A DNA stretch of 60,770 nt, filler included, from Sphacelaria rigidula (taxonomy: Eukaryota): NCBI GenBank assembly GCA_964200075.2. It is 9 parts of 9 records of this genome, joined end to end, with 100 filler letters (N's around TTAATTAATTAA, not from the genome) between each part and the next. Parts side by side here need not be neighbours in the genome. Positions count along the whole stretch, not along the records: positions 6,765 to 13,428 come from CAXNAA020018751.1; positions 13,529 to 20,192 come from CAXNAA020018752.1; positions 20,293 to 26,956 come from CAXNAA020018753.1; 6 more parts are not named here. One strand, written 5' to 3'. This document shows positions 12,062-25,428 of this stretch, piece by piece. How positions within the stretch are numbered: position 1 is the first letter of the stretch; each line of letters opens with the position of its first letter. The position numbers and the translations under genes are program-made. The notes beneath the pieces are model-generated. The model was given only the letters and a program-made list of their open reading frames with translations, searched no databases and was not told the origin of the DNA.

Positions 12062-12337
12062 CTAAGCTCGTTTCAGGCATTTTAACCCCCAAAACCTCAA
12101 ATTGAGCTAAACGTTCTGCGTGCATTGGCCCCCCCTTTTTTTTTCGTAGCATTCATGAGGCGGCAGAACCTGCGGCCAATCACCGCGACCAAAAAACTCC
12201 ACGTCAAGCCATGTCACATCAGCTTCCACTATGGAGTTTTTAGCGTCCATCCTGAAGTTTCAACCCTCCCCCTCTAAACTCTGAATACATTATTAGACCC
12301 GCTCCCCCCTCGAAACTCTCCATAACAATACGCGCTG

Positions 12338-12848
12338 TGTGTGTTGTTATCCCATCTATTCTGGACAGCGGTCTACACAATTCAGTATATATGTGTGCTG
12401 TGGGCGCACCAGCCGGGGTCACACAGGAGGCAGGCCAAACACAGTGTTTTTTTTAGTCCTCCAAGTTCCTTTTCTCTGCGGAACGTGCCTTTTATTTTTT
12501 GTCACGAATCGCGAGAGGGGTTCAGCAATCCCTTCCCTTCGTCGACCGTTTAGTCGAATTTTGGGTACCCACGACATGGTCGTTTTTTTTTTTCTAGTTC
12601 TACATCTTTCGTCTTCTGCGGTGCTTAACTTGTATTTTTTATCGCGAATCGCGAGAGGGGTCCAGCAATCTCTTCCCCTCGTCGACCGTTAGGCCGAATT
12701 TTGGGTACCCACGACATGGCCGCTCTCCACCACTGTTGGGCATCGTGTGAGAAAAAAACCCAGTTCGCTCCGAGATTCTGACCCAGGACCCAACCGTCAG
12801 AAGGTTGCGATGCTATTATACCAACTGAGCCACCGAGGTGACCGGCAC
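12338..12848 (-). mobile_element. tRNA-derived SINE, family 2, with an internal tandem duplication
   Basis: Minus-strand head CCTCGGTGGCTCAGTTGG (A box) ... GGGTCAGAATCTCGG (degenerate B box). A ~130-bp segment is duplicated (12470-12580 and 12610-12720). Other copies at 13248-13428 and 49138-49445. Confidence 0.75.
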
Positions 12849-13247
12849 TATTGGTTCTCCGAGCTCAACCTGGAAATTTATCGCCATGTGAAAATGGGTC
12901 TGCAACCTACAGATCCGCTCCTGGGCTGGCCAAGCTCGTACAGCAATCGTGCAGATTCTTACAGCATTCGTCAGTTACACCGCAATCATGTGGAAATAAG
13001 AAAATATCAAACGTGACCGTGATAATTTGCTGCCGCATCCATGTTGTCTCCCCAGCTTGATATTTATTTGGCGCAAGGGGGGAGGGGTGGTGTCAGGCAG
13101 TCAATAGCGGTAACATCATCCAGGAAGATTTGAATCAACGAACACACCTCGTTTGCACTCGCGGCATAATCTTTATTGAAAATTGTCTCATCGACAACAG
13201 CTCCAGCCACCGCCAAGCCGGAATACAGAGAACGAGGTGGAGGCTGA

Positions 13248-13428
13248 AGTGTTGTCGTCCCATCTATTCTGGGCGCCAGTCTATCCCTTTCGGGATAAGA
13301 TGTGGGCGCATCAGCCGGTGTCACACAGGAGGAAGGTCAACACAGAAGCTTTTTCTTTTTTATTTGTTCTTTTTTACCCCACCTTCCTTCTGCGGTGCTT
13401 GAATATATTTTTTATCGCGAGAGGGGTT
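13248..13428 (-). mobile_element. SINE family 2, partial copy cut by the scaffold end
   Basis: Homologous to 12338-12520 and 49138-49320. Confidence 0.7.
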
Positions 13429-15039
13429 NNNNNNNNNNNNNNNNNNNNNNNNNNNNNNNNNNNNNNNNNNNNTTAATTAATTAANNNNNNNNNNNNNNNN
13501 NNNNNNNNNNNNNNNNNNNNNNNNNNNNGCCGGGACAAGGATGCGGGGGCCGTCTGTCGTCGACTAAGGCAGCAACCCCGTGGGCCCGACCCCCCCCCCA
13601 CCCTCTCCCCCTCCTCCTCCCCTATCGTCCCGGCTTTGTAGGGATGCGAGGTCAATAATCATATGACTACGGCATGCAAGGTCACGAATACCCCCCATCG
13701 TTTCAAGGGTTGGCGTCGGTCGATAATGACGCTGTGAAACGTACCACTGACGGCGTGACCAAGGCAACCAGGCTACCGTTTTTGTCTCGGTTGCGTTTTT
13801 TCTACGGTAACCATGATGGTGGTCGAGCTGGATCATATTATGCGGGGTGGGAGAACCCTCAACTCCGCGGAAAGCGGATGAGCGTACTGCGCAGTGCTCA
13901 AATGGTGAGACACCCACGAGGCAGTGTGTAACCCGTGGCTGTCTCTGAAAGCGGAAACAACAGAAAATGAAGCAGCTCTTTCGGGACTGTCACCAGCATG
14001 CAAGATGATCACTACGCTTCGTACCGAACAATCTTCGGCAGAGGATGTAGCTCACCCTTCCTGCTACTCGCCGAGCACATCACCTATTTTTCGCCAAGCG
14101 CATTTGTTTTTTTCAAATCCACACTCAAGTCGAACCATCCACATATACGATGGCATAGGACAGACACTAAAATATATATGGCGGTGTTCGTGTATCATGT
14201 CATTTTCCACAACACACATGCGTCTAGACCCGTCTGTGATTCGCTATCGTGCACACGTCAATTATTCCCGTATTGGCTCCCGACAGCGATGGACGCCGAG
14301 CACGCCGTGTAGCGGGAAGGTAACAAATTGGCTTTTCGGACGCCGCTTTCACGTGTTTCGTGTGTTTTTTGTACAATGGATCTGAGAGTTCTCTTCGATT
14401 TGTTATTTCAGGTAATATATATCTCATGACCTGTCCGACGTGTGCTTCCGTGCATAAACTTACGTACACTACTTTTTTTTGTCACGACTTAGTCTGCTAT
14501 GTCGTTCTGTTCGACCCCTCTTTCTTTTTCTTTCTTTTTCTCCTGCTCCCATTGTTTTCTGTTCTTTTTCTTTTTTTTCCCTTAGAGCGTGTTTGAATTC
14601 CGTTTTTGTTGAGTACGTCTATCATGACACCACGGCGGGACCCCTGGGGGGTCACTTAAAGTGCGACAATCAATCAACCAAAGTACACACGAGGAAGTGC
14701 TCTTGCTATAGTACTTGCTCTACTCTGATTGCCCGGAATGCTGCGCGTGCTCGCCACCGAAAATTCCGTAGCAACGAGACTATTACGCAACATTACCACA
14801 GACAACAAAACAACAGAACAGGACAGTAGTGATGCTCTGTAGTCCTCGCGGATTGACCCGGGCGCAAACTCGAAACCAACTAGAACTACACAGTAAAAAC
14901 TATCGCTGGGAGAAGGGGCGGGGGGGGGGCGTACTCATTTGTTGCTTGCCTTAGTCATTTGACCATTGACCACNNNNNNNNNNGGGGGGCGACTTTGGGC
15001 AGGGAGCGAGTGGTTCGGCCGGTGGGCGGGGGGGGGCGT

Positions 15040-15077
<38 letters not shown>

Positions 15078-15510
15078 TACTTATTATCTTGCACGCCATA
15101 TTGTAGTCATGTGACCATTGACCTCGCATTCCTACAAAGCCGGGACGTAGGACGTCGAATTTTTCACCGGACCAGGTTCGGGATCAATCACCAAGCGCGG
15201 AGCGTCATATGTGCGGCGAGTCGCATGAGGGGTCAGCTGCATCCCGCTGAGATTGTTCGGTCCGAAGCGTACTGATTATCTTGCACATGGATGATAGCCT
15301 CCAATCGGTTGCTTAATTTTCTGGTATCGCCACTTCCAGAGACAGCCACGGGTTCCACACTGCCTCATGGGTGTCTCACCGTTTAAACACTGCGGAGTAC
15401 AACCATCGCCTTCGCGCAGAGTTGAGCTTCTCCACCCCGCCCACGATATGATCTAGCTCGACCACCATCATGGCTACCACAAAAAAATGCAAGCGAGAAG
15501 AAAACGGTGA
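15040..15510 (-). mobile_element. Non-LTR retroelement 3' fragment (family B) with a long G-run (C-tail on the minus strand)
   Basis: Reverse complement aligns with 70-398 and 13770-13970. A run of ~38 G lies at 15040-15077. Confidence 0.7.
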
Positions 15511-15912
15511 ACGTGGGTGCCTGGCTTACGCAGTGAGTGGCGTGATTTACATCGCCGTTGCCAACCGACCGACGCCGACCCTAAAGAGAGGGAGGCGGGG
15601 TGCGAACGCAGGTGACGCGCGAGCGGCTGGAGATCTGCCCTCCTGCACTCGCTCGATAGTGATAGCCAACACGGCTTGACTGGCGCCGACCACACGCGCA
15701 CACAACGGAAAACCAAGCGAGCAACAAATAAACAACACACCAACAACAACAACAACAACAAAGATATTGTTTTTTTTTTACACACACCGATATATACATG
15801 CACAAGGAAAAAATACAACCCCCCCCCCGCCACACAACCACACCGCACTAAATTCCCCCGCCCCACGCCTGCAAGTCCATCCCCCCCCCCCTCCCCCAAA
15901 CCAAGCACGCAC

Positions 15913-16198
15913 CTCATGCGTGCGCCCCCCTCCATCAACGCCTCCGCCGGTGCCACCGAGTTTCTGCGCCCGCTTCTTCTGCAAGAAATTTCTCAACTCC
16001 GTGTGAACGTGCTCTAACTCGAATTCCAAGTCTACCGCGTGCGCCTGATCACCATCGCCCTCCGAGGCTCCTCGCGACCCGCGATCCGCCTTGCTCTCGG
16101 GGCCGCCTTGACCCTTCGCCTTCGCTAGTAGCGCTGCCGTCGAGTTTGGTCGGACTAGTCCTCCCTCCCGAGGTATCTCGAGCGGGGGTGGTCGTCTG
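15913..16198 (-). CDS. Kinesin-7-like gene, putative downstream tail exon
   Basis: Open frame CRRPPPLEIPR...DLEFELEHVHTELRNFLQKKRAQKL...RTHE with a CAG acceptor and GAG|GTGCGT donor. Phase fits the preceding exon. Confidence 0.55.
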
Positions 16199-16514
16199 CT
16201 GTTCGGTCAGTAATCGTGTAGAGAGAATCGGTGAAACGGGGGCGTGCTCTTTTGTTGCTTGCCTTAGTCACTTGACCACTAACCACGCGTCCCTTTCGAG
16301 ACGGAGCACCGTTCCTACGTACTTCGGATAGATACACCTCCAACATTTAGATTCTCACTACGTTTCTTCCATACATTACACGAAAAAATGCACATGTTCT
16401 ACATGGTACGGGATCACGGCAACGACACTACACACAGGCGCGGCTGGCCGCCCAGCCTTGGCACGTCATCGTCCGCCTCCGGTCACCGCCCTCCCCAACG
16501 CCACACTAACATAC

Positions 16515-16583
16515 CAAGCGCCGACCGAGTCAACACCACTACCGGATCCCCCCCGTCCCCCCCCCGTGGGCGCGCTCGTAGTC
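16515..16583 (-). CDS. Kinesin-7-like gene, putative small tail exon
   Basis: RTTSAPTGGGRGGSGSGVDSVGA between a CAG acceptor and a TG|GTATGT donor. The phase 2/2 boundaries keep the frame. Confidence 0.4.
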
Positions 16584-16750
16584 CTGATCCTGGGTTTTGT
16601 TCTGACTGAATGAAGTTTTCCGGGCGGGGCATGTTTTCTCTTATCCATGTACCTACAGGTGGAAAACCTCAGGTGAAGTCAAAGTAAGCAATTCACAACA
16701 CCTCCGCCACTCCCTCCCTTTCCCAAGGTTCAGAATCCCATCCGCCCCAC

Positions 16751-17577
16751 CTGTCCGACGGGCTCCCATTGCTACTCTCAGTGCTCCCCTCCACCGTCGG
16801 CGGCGTCCCTACCCCGCCGTCCTCCACGGCACGATCGGCCCTCCAGCCCTCGGACTGCGCCCTCGAATGTGCCGTCTTCGATATCACCGGTCGCCGCTTC
16901 ACCCCGCGATCCTCGTTCCCCTCGACCGCTTTAATTCCATTATCGCCGGCGCCGGCGTCGCTGCTCCCCCGCCCTCTGTCCTCTCCCATCGCGTCCCATG
17001 CCTTGCTAAACGAGCCCCCAGAATCTCGGGCCGAATGCAGGGGTTTCGTGTCGAAGAAACTCGTACTCTGTCTCCGGCTCGGCATGGACGGTCTATCGGT
17101 CAGCGGCGCGCGCAGGCGGCTGCGAGAGCTGGCCATTCGCCCGCCGATTGATAACCCGTGTGGCCGTTTCGGCGGCGACCTGGAGCCTCCTGCGCCGGCA
17201 GCGGCTGCGGCAGAAGCGGCGGCGGCCGCGGCACCTGCTGCCGAGTCGCCGGTGCCACCGCCGGCGCCGGCCGAGGCAGCGACGGAGGAGGACGACCGAG
17301 GAGTCTCGGCCTTTCCGACTCGAGACTTGAGGATCAGCCGCTCCAGGCGGTTGATGGTGTTCTGCAGGGCCATCTCAGTGTCGTCCTCTTCCACCCAATT
17401 GTCGCTCTGGCTCCCGCCGTGCTCGCTGCCGCCGACGGCGCCGAAGCCGCCCTGGACCGCCGGGGAGGGGGATATCATGTTCCCTCCGCTCGTGTTACCG
17501 CCGAAGGCCTCCTTTTGAGATTGCGGCGAGAGGCGTGGCATCGGCGGCGGCAATGAGGCTGCCTCTTCCGCGGAGGC
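16751..17577 (-). CDS. Kinesin-7-like gene, large low-complexity tail exon
   Basis: GC-rich open frame ASAEEAASLPPPMPRLSP...LQNTINRLERLILKS... following a CAG acceptor, in phase with the coil exon. Likely donor is AG|GTGGGG at 16750; an alternative end lies near 16702. Confidence 0.7.
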
Positions 17578-18391
17578 CTGAATGGATAGGGAGGGTTGTG
17601 AGTCGTGGTTTTCAACGTAACAGCAGTACACACCAGGGGGCCAGGGGGGCGGAGCAGGGTGGTTAGACCTTCGAGTGGGTTCGTGATGCTTGTTTGGCTA
17701 TATCGTATCTAAAATTTAAAAAGGTAATATTTGGATATTTTGTTCATACCTATATATATATATATATATGTATATCCACGAATAAATTTTGAAGAAAATA
17801 CTGTATGTCGAGTATCATATCTCTCAAAATCTTGAATCAATGAAAAGCACCTACACACAACAGAAAGCAGCTCACTACAGTACCAAAACTTGATGGGTGG
17901 ATCGATGGATGGATGTACTCAACGCGCGCATATATTGTCAACAGACAACGCAATCAAGGGTGTGAAAAACATTTGACGCCACAGAGGAGACGCAAGGCGC
18001 GGCGCGGCGCGGCGCCTTCCGATGCGAACAGCGACATCACTGCGCGCTTATTCTCCGCACTTCTCCGCCACACCGGGAAAACCAAAAGGAAGGAAACCGA
18101 GGAAATTGACATCCAAAATTACTACAGCAGGAGGAAAGCAATAGGTCGATGACACACAACGCCAACACCACCACTATCGGTCGTCCAGACAAGAACACCG
18201 TAGACATTCCACTCATCGGTCTCACGTATGACCTCTCCTCTCTCCCCTGTTTCATCTCCTTTATTCATCATTTCAATACAGTACTCATCTCGTTTTGGCT
18301 TGTCACGTTACGTCAGAGTCAGACAGTGCAACCGCCCCGGAAAATCAAGAAGGCTACCGTCCGTCCGCTTGCCCAACCAACGTCATCCCAC

Positions 18392-18454
18392 CTTTGCTCT
18401 CGCCAGCTGCTCCTTAAGTTCGGCGATCTCCTCCAGATACTTCTTCAGGAGAGT
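18392..18454 (-). CDS. Kinesin-7-like gene, neck coiled-coil exon
   Basis: 63-bp exon TLLKKYLEEIAELKEQLARAK with CAG and GTGGGA splice sites. It resembles the kinesin-7 neck motif (LIKKY..EI..LK.QL). Confidence 0.85.
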
Positions 18455-19406
18455 CTGTCAACCCCATTGGCATGCGCAGCAGCGGCGCAATTTTGACCGC
18501 CCAAGAACACAGCGTACGTCCACCCGCGCGCGCGCACACACACAAACAGACATACACAGGCGGTAGGGCGACAGAGAACATGCAGGACTGTGATGCGGAG
18601 GGAGAGGGGAAGGCTCATGCACATAGCTATTACTAGCAGACGGGATGGTCAGCCGGCGCAAGATGTTGCAGAAGTGAAGATGAGTGTGCGCTTTTACTGT
18701 GGTGCCCGCAGCGAAAAAAGAAGAAGAGACCGCGCTTACAAAGTGTACCAATTCCTTCATTCCTTCATTCCTTCCTCATACATACATACACGTACATAAA
18801 TGCGTATCATATACTCAACAGAACCAAACAAACTGAACACGCCAACATCATTCTATCTCTCTTCTTGTTCCAAAACAAAAAGATGAAGTGAAGATTACGT
18901 ATACCAAAGAAGAACTCGCGTTTTCTCATGATACGCATACGTGTATGATTCACTTCACGCTTGGTGTGATACATTTTCCGTCAACATAAAATACCCATAC
19001 TTCAAACAACCACCCATTCACTCCTAGCTACACCGGCTATCGGTTTCATCGTTAACACGAACATCTTTGCGCGAAAATGACGGGAAAAAAAGAGAGAAGA
19101 ACAACCAACAACAATGCGTTCAACAAAGTGGAGGTTACATATATATATATATATATATTAAACCCGCTGATGATAGCATCAATTTCCACCCTCAACTCCT
19201 CAAGGAGCAGCAACGCCGCCTACACCGATCGACGAGCAAAGCAAACGTGAATTGACAGATGATCTCGACGACATCATTCACCTTTGTCTAGCGATGTACA
19301 TACAGCCAGCCACACCGATGCCACCATCACGGACTGTCGTCGTCGTCGTCGTCGTCGTGATCGAGACTCTCGAGCTTGAAAAATGATCGCAGAAAGGTCT
19401 CACGAC

Positions 19407-19894
19407 TAGCGATGGATGGTGTATCGCAAATCTCGATGTATCCACCCCCGATATATCCTAGATAATGTATGTCACGTAAAATTGTGGCATATGTGGCATA
19501 TCTCGGTACCATAACGCATTTCGTACCCCACGGTATATCGTGCGTATCTCGCGATGAACAGTGCAATGCATGATATCGCACGATATATCGCGGGATACGC
19601 ACGATACATCCTGCGATACGTGATATACCTTGCGATATATCGCGGGATACGCACAATATATCGTGGGATATCACGTGCCGTGCGATTAATCGTGGGATAC
19701 AAGATAGCATATGTGCACCTCAATGTGTGAAACTAGGTTGGTTCTAGATTCTAGACATTTTGGGGAAGTTTGGAGGCGAAAATCTCGACATCTTATCCGA
19801 TATCGTGCGATTGTCACGCGCCACGATATATATATATTTATCAGATATATCAGATATCGTATCCCGTAGAGTTTTCTTCTCGATACTGTCACTA
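19407..19894. mobile_element. hAT-like non-autonomous element in a kinesin intron
   Basis: Imperfect TIR TAGCGATGG / CTGTCACTA, 8-bp flanks CTCACGAC / CTCATCAC, and dense (CGATAT)-like internal repeats. Confidence 0.5.
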
Positions 19895-19948
19895 CTCATC
19901 ACCCCCACGTTTCACGATAAAAAAGCACGCAAAAAAAAACGGCCGGAC

Positions 19949-20157
19949 CTTTTCGTTGGAAACCTCGTTGATGGACGCATGATTCTTAATGCGTTTGGCG
20001 CGGTTCGCGAACTTGAGCGTGTTGTGCGTCTCCTCCGCGCTCAACTGCGCCGCGGTTACCGTGCAGATGATGGTGATCTGCGCGTTCCCCCCCAGGCTTG
20101 GCTGGAGCAACCGCGTGAGCTTCGAGTCTCGATAGGGTATATACCCCTGCTTGCTCT
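19949..20157 (-). CDS. Kinesin motor-domain C-terminal exon (kinesin-7/CENP-E-like); upstream exons are not on this scaffold
   Basis: [30 protein letters not shown]...[25 protein letters not shown] is the canonical end of a kinesin motor. Polypyrimidine-CAG acceptor and AAG|GT donor. Confidence 0.93.
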
Positions 20158-20389
20158 CTGTCGAAAAGAAACACGGGCAGAAGGGGGGGGGGNNNNNNNN
20201 NNNNNNNNNNNNNNNNNNNNNNNNNNNNNNNNNNNNTTAATTAATTAANNNNNNNNNNNNNNNNNNNNNNNNNNNNNNNNNNNNNNNNNNNNACTAACGT
20301 AGAATAAACAAAAAAAAAACGGCGAGCAGCCTCAGCGACACCAACCACGGGGGGGCGGGGGGGGGGGGGGGGGGGGGATGGCTACGTGT

Positions 20390-23300
20390 CCGAAACGTTT
20401 CTCCGCGCTGCCCCCTGGCGTGGGGTCGTCCCAATAATGACTTGTTTAGTATCCTGTTTTTCAGCACCGAAAAATTCGCAAACAATACCATTAGGCGCGA
20501 TATGGGCAAAACCCAACAGGGTGGGGTCGGGAACGAACAAGCAGCGTGGGCGGCGCTGTATGACAACTATGACGGCAACAGCAAGGAGGCACGGAGGGGG
20601 TTTCATGACAAACTTCACACTATGATGATGCCGTCCGGAGATGATCCGGAAGACTTCCTGTTTGTCATGGACGGCTACCGCGACCACCTAGAGGATGGGG
20701 CAATGTATATACGACGAACGATACGAGGATATTATCCTCCGAGCCCTGCCTGCCAAGTTTATAAGGGTTCGCATTGCTAGCTGCGAGAGGCGCAATTTTA
20801 ATTTGGCGGATCTCCGATATATGGTCAGCACCATGTATACCGACTATCTCTCACGCCCAGATGTCATCAACTTGGTCACAGACCGCGGGGTCGCCATGCA
20901 GGCCAGTGGAAGTGGTGATAGCAAAAGAAACCACATAATAAGATGCTTCCGCTGCGGAAAGCGAAACCACGTTGAACAAAATTGCCCCGCTCGAAACGCG
21001 GCCCAAGCACTGGCAGGAGAAGACAAGGAGAAGGGGACAGAAGGCAAGTGGTGCTCCTTCCACATGGCAATAACCTACAGCGACGAAGAGTGCCGTTTCT
21101 TGCAACGGCGCAGGGGTTGGGTTACCCACCAGTCACCGGTGCAAGGGAACAGCCTCCGGCCATCTCCTTCGATGCTTGAGAAGCGCCCAGAACACAAAAT
21201 CCCCCGGAAGCGGACAACCTTTGGCCGGTCGCTCCAACGAACAAACCCGTTGCTTCGTTTGACAGCAGCGGGCTCTTCGGCGCCTTCGAAGGGGCCGACG
21301 GGGCCGAGGAGGCCAGGGGTCTGGAGTTCCGGCGCAGAGCTCACAACATATTGCGGGAAATCAAGTAGGCACTTTCCCCCACTAGTGCGCGCGTTGGCCA
21401 TAATAGCCGTGGTTCACCACGTTTGGTTGATGTTTGGAAACTCATTATACCACCAAGCCACGTCCAACCTCGACGACAACGCTGAATTATTTGGCGGTAT
21501 CATCGACGCTGATGATGGGCCGGCTCTCGCGGCGGGATCCGCTCTCGACAAGTGAAAGGAGGGCAGCAACAACTCTGTTAGCTCTGTCAGTGCCATGGTG
21601 GACAGAGGCGCGTCGGGACATTACTTTGACGATACCCTTACCCCGGGGCTGCGGCACAAACTGGCGACCCCGCGTAAAATCACCACCGCAGCAGGGCACC
21701 AACTGCAGAAGTTGGTATTGGACTGCTGCGTGGACACATCAAAGACGACGAAGGGGTCAAACGCCTGGTGCAGATTTCGGGTCTGGTCGTGCCTGGTTTG
21801 GGACGGCACCTGTTTTCCGTCAAACAAGCGACACGAAAGAGAGTAGTATCTATTTTCGAGATGAACAACGCAAGACTAGAAACAAACATCTTCATCGTTC
21901 CGCCCGAGGAGCTGGAGAGCAACCTGTACTTCTTTTATCTGGAACTAATCAGCGACAACGACGCGCCTGGACTGGCTATGCAAGCTGCAGACACCGTCAC
22001 GCTGTGGCATCGGCGGATGCGACACTTGAACAGCGATAATTTGAACCTTCTGAAAATCGTCGAAAGCAACGGGGTGGACTTCGGTGAAGCCGTCCCGGAC
22101 TTGGATATTTGTGCTGTTGGGAAAAGTCATCAACTCACTAGCCCACCCGAAGACAGCCAACAACACAGTGAAACGCACCTTCCAACTAGTCATGACAGAT
22201 TTGATGGGACCGATTACGCCGGAGGCGCTCGGAGGCTTCAAGCACGGCTGCAAAATTTATGACGAGTATACCAGATGGGCGGAGATTTACCTCCTAAGAA
22301 CCAAGGACGGCGTACTCCAGGCATTCCAGTCAGTCATTTATACAGTCAATAGTAATTTCTGGCGGCGTTCGGGGGTGAGTTTATTGGCAACGGTTTCAGA
22401 ACGTATCGCCGGCAGACAGGCGTATTCCTAGAGTTTGTAAGCATCAAAACACCACAACAAATCGGCATGTCAGTACCCGTAAGGAGGATGTTTGCAGCCA
22501 TGGTCTGGTGCATGCTTGCCGACAGCGGTTTGCCGACCTTTCTCTGAGGGGCATTAATGTTCACAGCGGCCTACTTTGCGAATGGATCACCTCATTCCGC
22601 GCTCGACATGCAGTCCCCTCATAAGATGCTGAAGGAGACAGAACCGGATTTCCAACACCTTCGAGTTGTCAGAGCCAGGGCTTTGGTTCATATCAAGCGG
22701 CACACTCCAAAACTCGCTCTCAAAGGAGTTGAAGGACGCTCTTAAAGTAGTTGAAGGACGACTAGTTGGGTACAGTAATGACAACAAGGGCTACCGAGTC
22801 TACAACCCGGTCACTCGAGGTATCATGGAGAGCAGGAACGTTTGTCTTCGTCGAGACGCCGTCACGCCTTACACCGACAGGAGAGCCACAACTTCGGATA
22901 CACTCCTTTTCACTTGAGGATGAAGAGTCCAGCAACAGAGAGGGACACAACTACGCCACCGGCGACGACTTCTTCCGTGATCTTCGCGACCACACCTCCG
23001 CACTAGCCCAACCGGCTTATGCCTCTGTCGATCATGTCACTGCCAGCGGGATCTCTAACGATCCACAGGTAACCGAGCTTCTGGAGAGAATCAGCGCTAT
23101 CACCAAGCAGGGCATGCTGCACGACGATGACACACCTCGTGAAGAGACGTCTCCGACAACATCACCGCAGAGCCGTGCGCCGCTAGAACAAACTGCAACT
23201 CCTCCACAGGACGAAGCCGAGCCACCACCACTCTCACCATCAAGTAATTCCTGCCGTGACGCGCGCAGGCATTGCAGCGCACTCCTGTAGGGAACGCAAC

Positions 23301-25050
23301 GGCAATAACGACGGCGCAGCTTCTGCGCACCTTGCAGCGACCGTGGACGACACACTGCCCTCCGAGCTACGACGGCTGCAAATAGACGCCAACGTGCTCC
23401 CACCAGATGTCGCACAGCAGACGTTTGGGGTGGAATCAGTCGTGGAGTATCCCTGGTCTACAGAACGACCAGCTAATCGAGTTGTTCGGTGGAGGAGAAA
23501 ACCGAAAGGATCCCAAACACGTTCAATGAGGCCAAGAGCCTCCCCGAAAAGGAACGGTGGAAGGTGGCTTCAGACGAGAAGTTGGATAACCGAAGAAAGA
23601 ACAAGCTGTATACTCTCGTACTGTCCAACTCCGTTCCAACTGGCCACAGGTTAATCGGGTCTCGATGGGTGTACAAGGAAAAAGCGGATCTCTCGTACAA
23701 GGCCCGAGTCGTCGTGCAGGGTTGGTGACAAGTTCCCGGCATCGACTGCGGCAGCACTTTTGCATCCAGAGCATCAGCATGGTGTTGACTGTAGCGACGG
23801 AGTACGACTTGAAGTGCTGGCAATTAGACCGTGACACCGTCTTCCTGAACGACGAACTCGAGGAAGAACTGTACGTCAAAATGGCGCCCGGATACGAGGA
23901 GTTTGATGCCAATGGAACTCCGATAGTGATGCGGCTCCGCAAAAGCTTTTACGGTTTCCGTCAAAGTCCAAACTGCTGGTGGGGTACGGTCCACACACAC
24001 CTGGCGGAGATTGGGTTCAAGAACCTTAAGCCGAACCCTTATGTGTACACCTACCAGGAGAGCGGCGATGTCTACATCTTGACTTTGTAAGTCGACGATG
24101 TCCTGCTGCTCGGGAAATACTTCAAGGTGCTGGAAAGGATCAAGCAGAAACTAATGGGACGTTTTTCGATGACGGACATGGGAGATGTATCGTTAGTGCT
24201 GGGAATGGATGTTGTTCGTGACCGTAACAGCAAGACAGTCAACATCAGCCAGGATAATTACACCAAGTGTCTCCTGAAACGATACGGGATGGCGAACTGC
24301 AACCCGGCGTGCACTCCTGGGGTGGGATAAGAACTATCCGTGCACCAGCCGGGGGACAAAATTCTAAACGAGGAGGAAAACAGCGCTTCCAGGCCATCAC
24401 AGGCAGTGTGATGTACTTCGCTCAAGTGACCCGCTGCGACTTTGGATATGCCGTGAATCAACTGGCGCGGGCAATGTCCAAAACGTCAAAGGCGCATATG
24501 GTAGCTGCAAAACACTTACTTCGATATTTGGCCGGCGCTATGGACCATGGCATCACCTACAACCAGGGCGGTTTTCAATTGACGACTTTCTCAGATGCAA
24601 AGTGGAGCAACAACCCGGACAACGGAAAATCAACATCACCATATCTTCTCTTTTTCTCGAATGGTCCCATCAGTTTCAAGGTAGGACTACAAGGATTGAA
24701 GGCGCAATCGACCATCGAAGCAGAGCTCGTGGCCGCTGCAGTCACCATGAAGGAGACCATATTTTGCTCGAACATGACGCGGGGGATGGGACGTGGCACA
24801 CGCTTCGACTCCGTTCCCGTCTACATCGACAACACTTCAACTCTCCACATCGCAGGCAACCGAACCTACAGCTCGAGAGTCAAGCACGCAGCTTTAAAGT
24901 ACTTCTTCATTCAGGAATCAGTCAAGGAGGGAAGGATCGACTTTCGTTAAGTTAAGCCCGAAGACCAACTCACCGACACAGGGACCAAGTATCTCAGCAA
25001 ACACAGTCACCGCCATCTTGTCAAGCTGATCAACGCATTTGAAATCCGAG
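20390..25050 (+). mobile_element. Degenerate Ty1/copia LTR retrotransposon gag-pol (many frameshifts and stops)
   Basis: Gag (AAWAALYDNYDG); zinc knuckle CFRCGKRNHVEQNC; protease VDRGASGHY; pre-integrase LWHRRMRH; integrase MTDLMGP; RT GSRWVYK..YKARVVVQG and L*VDD; RNase H FSDA..KSTS/STIEAE/IDN/KH. Domain order PR-INT-RT-RH. Confidence 0.95.
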
Positions 25051-25182
25051 TTCAGTCTGGCTGTGGGACACGTTCTTATTTTGTCCTTAAGTGTCGGGAC
25101 GGTTGTACTGAGCTGGGTAGTTGGAACTAGTATGTATTTGCATTGAGGGGTAGTGTGAGGGAGTAAGACTTGTACTTGCGTT

Positions 25183-25428
25183 GAGGGGGAGACTTACAAA
25201 ATGAGGCTGTGATACTTATTCTCGTCAACGCTTCGTAAGGAATTGATTTTGTATGGAGGCATTGTGTGGATCGTCGGTACTGCTTACGATAGCTTGGTCT
25301 GATATGGAGCGTAGCAGTAGTCGGGTTCTTCTTACTCTTCTCGGTTGACCGTTCAACAAAGTGAGTTGTTCAGACTATCTTGCCCGCAAGCGGCACCTTG
25401 AACACTATCTTCTGTCTACACTCCAACA
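25183..25428 (+). repeat. Polypurine tract and probable 3' LTR of the copia element
   Basis: GAGGGGGAG at 25183-25191 after the RNase H region, then a non-coding segment ending CCAACA. No 5' LTR is available to confirm. Confidence 0.5.

Noticed and set aside
12770..12848. Functional tRNA genes in SINE heads (also 56200-56275 and 745-815)
   Set aside because: A/B boxes are present but the cloverleaf is broken, and each is fused to a repeated SINE body.
16769..17518. 249-aa plus-strand ORF
   Set aside because: It is an antisense shadow of the GC-rich kinesin tail exon.
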